From a virus (lineage: Duplodnaviria > Heunggongvirae > Uroviricota > Caudoviricetes): DNA of 64,000 nt. The notes beneath the pieces are model-generated. The model was not told the origin of the DNA, ran no database searches, and saw only the letters and a list, made by a program, of their open reading frames with translations. This document shows positions 18,578 through 26,508 of the stretch, piece by piece (within the stretch, counting starts at the first letter, position 1; each line of letters starts with the position of its first letter). The position numbers and the translations under genes are program-made. The DNA lies in IMG/VR virus record IMGVR_UViG_3300017792_000001, positions 168,697-232,696 of that record; one strand, 5' to 3'.

Positions 18578-18762
18578 AGCACATCTTCTGCTTTGCCACC
18601 AAGCCGTGAAAGGGTGAAGCGGCATTACAGCGCTGCCGGTCAAGCAAGTGACCAAACGAGATTTCCCGGCAGTGTATGGTTCTATGTCTGCAAGTCTCGC
18701 CTGCACTTCTCCCGACTTGCACCTTCCACTTAAGGGCGTGTGCCAACGGCTGACATAGAATT

Positions 18763-18838
18763 TGGTGGGTCGTGCAGGATTCGAACCTGCGACCAATTGG
18801 TTAAAAGCCAACTGCTCTACCAACTGAGCTAACGACCC
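18763..18838 (-). tRNA. tRNA-Lys(UUU)
   Basis: GGGTCGTTAGCTCAGTTGGTAGAGCAGTTGGCTTTTAACCAATTGGTCGCAGGTTCGAATCCTGCACGACCCACCA; full cloverleaf with CCA. Confidence 0.96.
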
Positions 18839-18847
18839 GAACGAGCA

Positions 18848-18919
18848 GGGTCCGTACAAGTTTCCCTGTCAATGCTAAGCAGTCTCACGCACGAAGGCTT
18901 GCTGCTCAACACCGGACCC
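18848..18919 (-). ncRNA. Structured three-way-junction RNA between tRNAs
   Basis: GGGTCCG/CGGACCC closing stem, an 11-bp helix with G-U pairs, and ACAGG-GAAA-CTTGT. Confidence 0.5.
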
Positions 18920-18925
18920 ACAAAA

Positions 18926-19002
18926 TGGCGACACCGAAGGGACTCGAACCCTCGACCCCTAGCGTGACAGGCTAGTGCTCTAACCAACTGAGCTACGGCG
19001 TC
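18926..19002 (-). tRNA. tRNA-Asp(GUC)
   Basis: GACGCCGTAGCTCAGTTGGTTAGAGCACTAGCCTGTCACGCTAGGGGTCGAGGGTTCGAGTCCCTTCGGTGTCGCCA. Confidence 0.95.
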
Positions 19003-19006
19003 TAAA

Positions 19007-19083
19007 TGGTAGGACGTCTGGGATTCGAACCCAGGACCAATGGCTTAAAAGGCCACTGCTCTGACCAACTGAGCTAACGTCCT
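19007..19083 (-). tRNA. tRNA-Lys(UUU), second divergent copy
   Basis: AGGACGTTAGCTCAGTTGGTCAGAGCAGTGGCCTTTTAAGCCATTGGTCCTGGGTTCGAATCCCAGACGTCCTACCA. Confidence 0.95.
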
Positions 19084-19089
19084 ATGAAA

Positions 19090-19166
19090 GGTGGGAACAA
19101 GAGGAATCGAACCTCCATCAGAATGCGACGCGCGCAAACTGCTCTGCCAATATGAGCTACGTTCCC
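19090..19166 (-). tRNA. tRNA-like gene with aberrant anticodon arm (pseudo-tRNA)
   Basis: Good acceptor (GGGAACG/TGTTCCC), D and T arms; anticodon arm non-canonical; ends ACCT. Confidence 0.6.
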
Positions 19167-19294
19167 AAATGCGTCTCGCCGACTCCAGTAAAGCCACGAG
19201 GGTAAATCAATCGCTGCCACCAGTTACGGCGAACACGAACTCGGATACCAGGACTGTCTTGATGCCAGACTTCTAACTCGATTGTCTTAAACAT

Positions 19295-19585
19295 TCACAG
19301 TTTCCTGGCTTTGAGTGGGCGCTCTACCGAGTTGTTGTACTCGACGTGAGCAACTGATGGCCCATCAACGAAGTCAAACAGTTCGACCTTCACTGTGATC
19401 GTGCCAGCTTGGTTCAAGGTAACAACGGCAGTCGCGTGTCGATACGTGGTGCGCTTCTTGACCAGTTCGACAACGCAGTCAGCAATCTGCTTTTCCAGAA
19501 ACGCGGTGCTCGCATCCTTTGGATACGTGGCGACCGTGATTACATCTTCAATGACTTTGTGGATTACTGACATGCCGATACCCAT
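19295..19585 (-). CDS. Hypothetical protein
   Basis: About 92-96 aa ORF. Confidence 0.6.
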   Translation of the reverse strand: MGIGMSVIHKVIEDVITVATYPKDASTAFLEKQIADCVVELVKKRTTYRHATAVVTLNQAGTITVKVELFDFVDGPSVAHVEYNNSVERPLKARKL

Positions 19586-19592
19586 GAGTGCC

Positions 19593-19829
19593 TCACGCCG
19601 TAAATAGTCGGCCAGTGATTCGAAGTTCTTCTAAACGCGGCTTTGATAGCCAACGTCGTAATGGTTTGCAGAATCCCGGGGCGCACAGCATGATACTCAG
19701 GAACATCTGTGCTGCGAATGTCGTATCCGCATTCAGGTTGCCGGTGAGATATGCGATGCAACCAAACAGGAGATACGAACACCATACAGCGCGAACCCAG
19801 AGGTTGAGTCGTGGGACGAGCTTGAACAT
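19593..19829 (-). CDS. Small membrane protein
   Basis: 78 aa, two hydrophobic segments, AAGGA RBS. Confidence 0.6.
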   Translation of the reverse strand: MFKLVPRLNLWVRAVWCSYLLFGCIAYLTGNLNADTTFAAQMFLSIMLCAPGFCKPLRRWLSKPRLEELRITGRLFTA

Positions 19830-19849
19830 AATGGTATCCTTGGAGAGTA

Positions 19850-19936
19850 TGGAGCGGAATTCAGGATTCGAACCTGACGGCGATCAACCGCCTATACCCT
19901 GCGCAGGGTTGTCCACCGAGAGGACAGGTCTTCCGC
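19850..19936 (-). ncRNA. tRNA-like RNA with Gly-type acceptor end and no anticodon loop
   Basis: GCGGAA/TTCCGC-T-CCA; T arm TCAGG-TTCGAAT-CCTGA; long variable arm; ACCCT-GCGC-AGGGT in place of the anticodon arm. Confidence 0.6.
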
Positions 19937-20099
19937 ATGAGGTCTGTGACGTAGACCAATCGACCAGATCACGCACACCACATTGAGTACACAGGCAGCG
20001 CTTCGGTTTATTCCGATTAACCGCAATGACAAGAATGGTTTGGTGCCCCTCAGAGGATGTCGCATGTCGCTCGTGATGGTTAAGGGGAACGCTCTGGTT

Positions 20100-21045
20100 G
20101 CTACGATTATATCCCATCGTCTGCCAGGGTCAGGACGCAGCGGGCGGGCTGTGTTCGGAAATAGGGACCGAAAGTGGACTGTCGAGAAGACCCAGGTAGG
20201 GCGACCAGGTCTGTCGAGCCGTGCAGGCGGCACCACCTTATCAACGCTCTCGTATCTGCCGGGACCAAGAGTCGTCTATCAAGTCGCTGCATTCACCCGA
20301 CAAACGCCGGGGATAATAAAGGTGCTTCACACTCGTTACCGCGTCAGAACCAGAAGGACAATACGGGAGGACGTTTCCGCCGAGTCGAAATCGCGTTCGC
20401 GTTCTCTATCTGCTGGTTAGAGGCCCTCACTCTGGATTCTCTCTTAAATTCTCAGGAAGAAGTCGAGTGTGAAGCGAAAATTGAAACCCACCTATAAGGG
20501 CTAGTAAGACTCGATGTTTAGGTTCGCTAGCGGAATTCCTACTTTCACTACCCACATCTGAAGGGCTTGATCCGGTCGGCTCGTGGCTGCGTGTGTCGGC
20601 ATTCTTTTCTTCTTTACACAAATAGGTGGGAGTGGTTGCGGCTCTCACTTCAAGAGAGCCGAGTGAGCAACTGCTTTCGGGGTTAGAGGCTCAAAACCGC
20701 ATCCCGTCTACAGAAGGCAACCATGCGCTTGATGGGCGACCACTCTAGTATCTTGTACGTAAGGCGAGGCAAACAACCCGACGGCACGCAAACGCAATAC
20801 TCACGCTGCCTATGCTCCGCAATTCACCCATTAACCGAAGCAGGAGTTTCCTCGGTGACGATCCTTTGGACCGCTGGATCAGGCGCGCCGACCTATCAAG
20901 TCAGTACCTGTCGCATACCCAATTGGGTTTCACGGATTAACCGATCATCAGTGCGACTGTGCGAAAGCCCTCTGTATGCGCAAAGGGCTTTCTATCTCTG
21001 TGGTTTCTTGGCGGGAAATCTCTGCTGCTGGAACAACAGGACACC
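20100..21045. ncRNA. Candidate large structured non-coding RNA or RNA array
   Basis: No credible CDS; tandem long-range helices (see findings). Confidence 0.45.
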
Positions 21046-21051
21046 CGAGCT

Positions 21052-21291
21052 TCACATTCGCTCTACCCGACCGATCCTCACGGGCAATTCGCTTCTCAGG
21101 GCGGTTGCATCACTCACCAAGAATTCCAGCTTGATGGTGTTTGTCGGTGCGTACTCCCGATTTGCAGGAGGCACCCAATTCCGTAAGATGACCTTCTCGG
21201 ACTCAGTGGCGTAATGCACCTTGTCTACGATCTGGTCGGCGGCCGATACTTGCACAGACAAACTCAGAACGAGCAATGCCATTGACAACAT
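21052..21291 (-). CDS. Small secreted protein
   Basis: AAGGAG RBS; signal-peptide-like N-terminus. Confidence 0.6.
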   Translation of the reverse strand: MLSMALLVLSLSVQVSAADQIVDKVHYATESEKVILRNWVPPANREYAPTNTIKLEFLVSDATALRSELPVRIGRVERM

Positions 21292-21483
21292 ATCGAACTC
21301 CTTGAATGGGCTCGGTTACTATTCCACCGAGAAGTCAAGACAGGCTGACACTGAACCGTAACAGCATCATCCGCGAGGCAGTGTGGCGGCTGATGAACCC
21401 GCGCACTGACCGGCTAACGTACCCTTATCTAAGGGGCAGCACCTGTATTCCCGAGCGAGCTTCGCGGAAACCGACGAAAGTAC

Positions 21484-22455
21484 CTAAAGCTCTCCAGGGA
21501 ACTCTTTGCGTTCAGTCATGGACATGAACAACCAGGACGCGGTGCGACGTGCAACAGCGCATCCGGTGGCGTTATGTTGAATATTCACAGTTTCTGGTCT
21601 GAGGTCAGACAGTACCAGGTAACGTGCAACAGAACCATCCATCTTGAACTGACGAATCACCAACTGCGACAGCTTGCTGGAAACGAGGGCTGCGCGAGCA
21701 TCAAGCTGCTCTTGGTCGAAGTCCAGGTCGTGGAAACCCGCTTCAAGTCTGTACGCAGGTAGTTTGAGCCCTGCGAGTTCGTACAGGTCGCGCTTACCAA
21801 AGTCCAGAGTGAGTTTGAACTCAACCAGTGCCATGAACTGCGGGTTCTTTGCAGTCATGAGGCCTATTGCGCGAGCCACGGATTCTTCGGCACTGACGGA
21901 ACAGATGTCGAAGTTGTCTTCGATCATTGGGTCTGGCTGGTCCATCAATTCTTTCAGGCTTGCTTGCCCTGCAGCAAAAGTCGTGGGATGAACAACGACG
22001 TTGTTGAGGCCGTCGTTATACGGAGTGATGAAACGACCGACTGCACTCACCAGCACATCATCGCGTATCAGGACGCACATGAACATATCGGGGAAGATGA
22101 ACCCTGTATCATCGGCGATCACATCATAACCACAGAGCATGCCGAGGTAACCGGTGTCGCGCAGGGCAAGCTCAGTGGCGTGATCGTAGAAACTTACGAC
22201 AGGGTGTGTCCACTCTCCACGACTTTCACGAAAGGCTTCATCGAGTTCAGCAGCAACGCTCTTGCCTGCGATCCAGACAACCGCATCACCGGGTTGGCGC
22301 TTGCCAACTTCCTTCATCAGTTCGCCACGAATAATGCCGAGACTCGCAGGAGTCAGCGCTGTGGTTTCCCAATGAGGTTTGCTGACGAGGATGTAACGCA
22401 GCTCGTTGAGAACCTTTTCTTTCACGCCTAGGATTTTAGAAGTGATGACTTCCAT
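21484..22455 (-). CDS. Hypothetical protein
   Basis: 323 aa ORF; contains TGYLGMLCGYDVIAD. Confidence 0.75.
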   Translation of the reverse strand: MEVITSKILGVKEKVLNELRYILVSKPHWETTALTPASLGIIRGELMKEVGKRQPGDAVVWIAGKSVAAELDEAFRESRGEWTHPVVSFYDHATELALRDTGYLGMLCGYDVIADDTGFIFPDMFMCVLIRDDVLVSAVGRFITPYNDGLNNVVVHPTTFAAGQASLKELMDQPDPMIEDNFDICSVSAEESVARAIGLMTAKNPQFMALVEFKLTLDFGKRDLYELAGLKLPAYRLEAGFHDLDFDQEQLDARAALVSSKLSQLVIRQFKMDGSVARYLVLSDLRPETVNIQHNATGCAVARRTASWLFMSMTERKEFPGEL

Positions 22456-22506
22456 TCTTCATTCCCTTGTGAAGCTCGTTCACAGTCTATGAATTAGCAT
22501 TCTGCC

Positions 22507-22845
22507 TTACGACAAAACGGCCTGGGTAAACACGACGCGCAGGGTATTGACGAACGCCACGCCTTCATCGTCCATGATGTCGGACAGGTTCAGTTCGACG
22601 TGCGAGATACGCACCACGTTATCGACAGTCAGGCCAACCGTGGGAATCGTTACCTGACGCAGCGATTCTTCTTCGGGCTCAGTGCCCGGCATCGGCATCA
22701 GGGCAAGCAGGTCATCGTGCAATTCGCGCAGAGACTTCGAACGAGCTACAGCCAACACCGCGTTGTCTTCGGTGAGTGCGACGCCGCGAAAGGTCACGGA
22801 CTGTTCGAGAGTACCGAGTACGTTTTCAGGAAGTGCCATGATCAC
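22507..22845 (-). CDS. Hypothetical protein
   Basis: 112 aa, GGAGG RBS, GTGA overlap. Confidence 0.65.
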   Translation of the reverse strand: MIMALPENVLGTLEQSVTFRGVALTEDNAVLAVARSKSLRELHDDLLALMPMPGTEPEEESLRQVTIPTVGLTVDNVVRISHVELNLSDIMDDEGVAFVNTLRVVFTQAVLS

Positions 22846-23504
22846 GCCTCCAGTTTACGTGGCAGGATGACCCAGTCTTTCGCGAGTGCATCGCTCTGGC
22901 TGATAGTCCAGACAACGACTTGGCCGTCGGCAGTGAACATATCAATGTGCGGGCGGAATTCGATCTGGCGGCCAGCGTCGAAGATGCCGAGCAACGGAGC
23001 ACGGTTGACTTCGAACTCGGAACCTGGAACGAGATAGACGAACATACCCTTGCCGTTCCAACCTTCACGCGCAGCACGATAACCGTTTTCCAGGGCTTCG
23101 AGCACAGCGCCGAAACTAACACCGGTGTCACCAGCCTTCGGTTGCTTGGCGAGTTCGGCTACGTCGTTCGCTTCGCTGCTGAACGCAACGGCAATCTCGA
23201 AATAGGTTTCTGGGCCTGTGTCTGGCGATTCGATTGCGGCTTCCGAACCAGTCTGCGTGCGATAGAACACCGACACGTTGTCAGCCTTGTCAGCAGCCAT
23301 TTCGGCTTGCAGCTTGGAGATTGCAGTGCGACGATCACCAGCGATAGTCACGGCCTTGTAGATTTTGAACAACGGCGTGATGTACTCACCCCAATTGTCC
23401 ATGTGACCGCCGACATCACCTTGTTGCAGGATGTGGATCTTGCAGCCCAGGCCGCCGAGAATTTCATTTGCAACGCTGTCATTCATTACGGTTGGAACGA
23501 TCAT
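22842..23504 (-). CDS. Fusion protein with C-terminal DUF2829/Tad2-like domain
   Basis: SFGAVLEALENG-YRAAREGWNGKGMFVYL...W-TISQSDALAKDW, characteristic of DUF2829. Confidence 0.75.
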   Translation of the reverse strand: MIVPTVMNDSVANEILGGLGCKIHILQQGDVGGHMDNWGEYITPLFKIYKAVTIAGDRRTAISKLQAEMAADKADNVSVFYRTQTGSEAAIESPDTGPETYFEIAVAFSSEANDVAELAKQPKAGDTGVSFGAVLEALENGYRAAREGWNGKGMFVYLVPGSEFEVNRAPLLGIFDAGRQIEFRPHIDMFTADGQVVVWTISQSDALAKDWVILPRKLEA

Positions 23505-23532
23505 GACGTACCTCCATTGAGTTGTGAGTATA

Positions 23533-23874
23533 TTAGAATTCAGCGGCGTCGAAATCAGGCCACTGAACTGTCATAACTGCAGCCGAGTATTCAGCAACGA
23601 TCTGGCGGCCGATGAAGTCGAACAACCAAATCTCGTACCACCAGTTCGGCGTGCGGCTCAAGTCAATGAACGGCAGGTCGAATTCAGGTTCCCCGTCAAC
23701 CGCTTCAACGTCAAGCGGAGGATTGTCAATCTGGTCGAGAATCATCATGCAACGACTCGCATCGACCGCAGCTTGCGCCGTGTTGATGTAGGTATCGACC
23801 GTCAGGTAACGCCACGCGGTGCTGACGCAAGTTGCTGCGCCGCACAAACCCATGATCATCAGGACTTCGTTCAT
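23533..23874 (-). CDS. Hypothetical protein
   Basis: 113 aa, ATGA overlap. Confidence 0.6.
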   Translation of the reverse strand: MNEVLMIMGLCGAATCVSTAWRYLTVDTYINTAQAAVDASRCMMILDQIDNPPLDVEAVDGEPEFDLPFIDLSRTPNWWYEIWLFDFIGRQIVAEYSAAVMTVQWPDFDAAEF

Positions 23875-24689
23875 GCTTCGATACCGTAGAAGGCGTGCAT
23901 GATCGCGACAAGGCTGGCATAGATGTACACCAGTTCGCGTTCGAGCAGGATATGCGGAATGTAATAGCCAACATCTTTGGGTTCGGTGATCACCCGTTGG
24001 TAGATGTCAGTCATCAGTTGGTTAATGATCTTGTACGGCAGTGGTAGGAATGGATCGAGCGCTTTCTGTGCGCGGATAACCAGTGTGTCGTCATCTGCGA
24101 ACATCAGATCAGCGCTGTGCACCTGTGCGATCTTCACCGCAGTTCGGTATTCATCACGGCAGATCAGTTCGACGCCAGTGCCAGTGTCGTAGGCTCGACG
24201 TTCAATGCTGACACCAGTGAGCGCAACATACACAGCACCGTTGACGAAATGAACACGGGCGTTCGCTTTGTAGTCGAACCCGAATTCATCCAGTGAGAGT
24301 TTCGAACGAATGCGCGGACCAATGAGGTCGAGCGCGTATGCTGAAACCGCAATGCCCTGTTTCAAGGCATCCAGGTGATCAGCAAGATCCTTGCCGAGTG
24401 TCGTCCGGCGGTTCGGTTCAAACAAGCCGTAGCTCTTACCGAAGCGAACGATGTGTGGATCAACGAGGCGCAGGCCACCAAACTTTTCAGTGTGAGTGAG
24501 CGCGCAACTCTCGGCTTCTGCAGCCATGTCGACCAACAACCCAACTGGCTCGCCGCCATGAAAATGGATCGAATGTGCGATAGGGCACATGGCGAGTAGG
24601 GTTTTATTCGTTACAGCGTTGACGGGTCCCCGCTTGCTCGATATAGCATCGACCATGGCGCGGTCTGTGACCTTGATATAGATGCTCAT
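23871..24689 (-). CDS. Hypothetical protein
   Basis: 272 aa ORF. Confidence 0.7.
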   Translation of the reverse strand: MSIYIKVTDRAMVDAISSKRGPVNAVTNKTLLAMCPIAHSIHFHGGEPVGLLVDMAAEAESCALTHTEKFGGLRLVDPHIVRFGKSYGLFEPNRRTTLGKDLADHLDALKQGIAVSAYALDLIGPRIRSKLSLDEFGFDYKANARVHFVNGAVYVALTGVSIERRAYDTGTGVELICRDEYRTAVKIAQVHSADLMFADDDTLVIRAQKALDPFLPLPYKIINQLMTDIYQRVITEPKDVGYYIPHILLERELVYIYASLVAIMHAFYGIEA

Positions 24690-24769
24690 GTGTGAAAGTG
24701 CCCCAGCGATTATTATACAAACTTTTCACAGTATCCGCGAAACCGCCGGCGCGCGCAACAGTGCTTTTT

Positions 24770-26100
24770 AACCCCTGACCCGAAGGGTCGAGTGAACCAA
24801 ATCCATGAAACGGTTTCCAAAGATCCGTGAGCGGAGCGAACCTAGCCGAAGGCCAGAGAAGAACCATTGAGCGAAGCTCAAGCAGGAGCGTAAGCGACTG
24901 CCAAAGAACGTGACACGGATACCAGCTTCCTCAGCACCTGGTAAAAAGCATCCTCTCCTGTTCATCCTCGTTTCTACCCTAGAGAACGCTTCGCTCTTAT
25001 GGGCTCGCCTGTTTGCTCCGCAAAATCAGGGACCATAGTTCGGGCTTTTGAAAAAGGCTGTCAGAGGACATTGGGAAGTAGAGACTTACTTTCCGATATT
25101 CTCTAGCAGGAGCGTAGGAACACAAGCCGTGTCGGATGCTAGTTCGCGTCGCGGCTTTGCCGCTCGCTTTCGCCTTCGGCGAGGCTTCTATCGCTTCGCT
25201 CTCTCAAGCATCCCTTCCACGTCGTCTCTTTCGAGACAGTATTGCTGGCGGGCCAACGAATTACAGAGAGGAAAATTCTGAAAAGGTTCGGAGAACCGAA
25301 GGTGGAGAATTATCTGGTCAGCGAGCGACTTAAGGACAGAGGACGTAGTAGCGAAGATGCGAAGTAACTTCGTGAGTGTTGACAGTATCCATTTTCGTGA
25401 TTTTCGACACTTTTGCCTGTTTTTTGATCAGATCGTTCAAAAAATGAACAACATCGCTGGAGGTCGCGCCCTGTCTAGCTTCCAGAGGTGGCACTAGGTC
25501 CAGAAAAACATGGCACCCAGAATCGCTCCGTATACGTCTGGAGTTTCTGGATATATGCGGAGACACGTCGATTTTTCGCGCACTGCACCCCTACTTGTCT
25601 GATCGTCTTGCGTCGAACTTTTCACGACTACCTGCGAAAAACGCAAAACGGAGAAACGCTTCATAGACACTGCTTTTGGTATTTCCAGAATCGTTCAATG
25701 CACGAAAGTTGCGAAACGCAATTACTGTCATCAGTCGTCAAAACAGGCGACTTGCGGATTTGGGTATATAAAGCCATGGCTTTTGGTATTTCCAGAATCA
25801 CCTAATGCGCAAAACTCAAAATTCAGGCTCGAAAAACGCTGTACAAAATTTGATCAATCGCACAAATATATTTTCAAACGCTCGTTTGAATCATGTTTCT
25901 GACACGCTGTCACGATGCAACTTTTGCGAGAAACGATACTACACGCACGCGCAGCGATTCTCCGCATATAGAAACGGCCCGTTTTCTGGAGTGCAGGTTC
26001 AGCGGCGACTTTGGAGATTCGCATATTGGCTGCAGCCACGCATGACCTCCGCTTCAAGATTAACTAGGGCCTCAGATACGACAAAACCTACACTCAAAAC
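24770..26100. other. Non-coding region: mini-hairpin cluster, A-tracts and direct repeats (origin candidate)
   Basis: No convincing ORF; see findings. Confidence 0.45.
25672..25799. repeat. 21-bp perfect direct repeat GCTTTTGGTATTTCCAGAATC x2
   Basis: Copies at 25672-25692 and 25779-25799. Confidence 0.9.
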
Positions 26101-26166
26101 GGAGTGTAGGCTTCGCGTGTCGAGTGGCACTGCGATCAGTAGTACAGGACGACCACCGAAAACAGC

Positions 26167-26499
26167 TTAAATCAGCGGCTCACCTGCCAACCACCGGCCG
26201 AAATTCTCATGCAGATTGTAGATCCAGGTAGCGTCTGGCTTCTCGCCGTCGACCGAGGCGTGACTGCGATGATGTCCGATCTTGCCCGCGATTTCATCAC
26301 GCACTTTGTTCCAGACCTGGGTGAACTGGTGCGAGTTACCTTTGCTGATTGCATCGGCGAGTGCATCACCGGATTCACGACTCAGGTGCGGCATGATCAT
26401 GCGCAACATCTGACTGCGCTTCTTGGCGCTCGGGCTTTTACCGCGAGCAACTGCCATGATCATGACGTTGTTCAGGATCTTGATGTCACGCTGGTTCAT
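26167..26499 (-). CDS. Hypothetical protein
   Basis: 110 aa, AGGAG RBS. Confidence 0.7.
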   Translation of the reverse strand: MNQRDIKILNNVMIMAVARGKSPSAKKRSQMLRMIMPHLSRESGDALADAISKGNSHQFTQVWNKVRDEIAGKIGHHRSHASVDGEKPDATWIYNLHENFGRWLAGEPLI

Positions 26500-26508
26500 T
26501 TACTTCTC

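Noticed and set aside
19850-19936. tRNA-Sec or tmRNA call
   Set aside because: No UCA anticodon loop; no G3-U70 pair or tag reading frame
20216-20245. GAGCCGTG resembling group II intron domain V
   Set aside because: No complementary 3' arm for a 34-nt domain V, and no maturase or interrupted gene
20462-20487. ATTGAAAC resembling a CRISPR repeat 3' end
   Set aside because: Single copy with no internal palindrome; no repeat-spacer array seen in the window
21390-21480. CTGATGA...GAAA hammerhead-like core
   Set aside because: The stem II closing pair and stem III/cleavage triplet cannot be formed; CTGATG pairs with upstream CATCA instead
24768-26170. Short ORFs in the hairpin/repeat region
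   Set aside because: Atypical composition, no clear RBS, mutually overlapping; treated as non-coding
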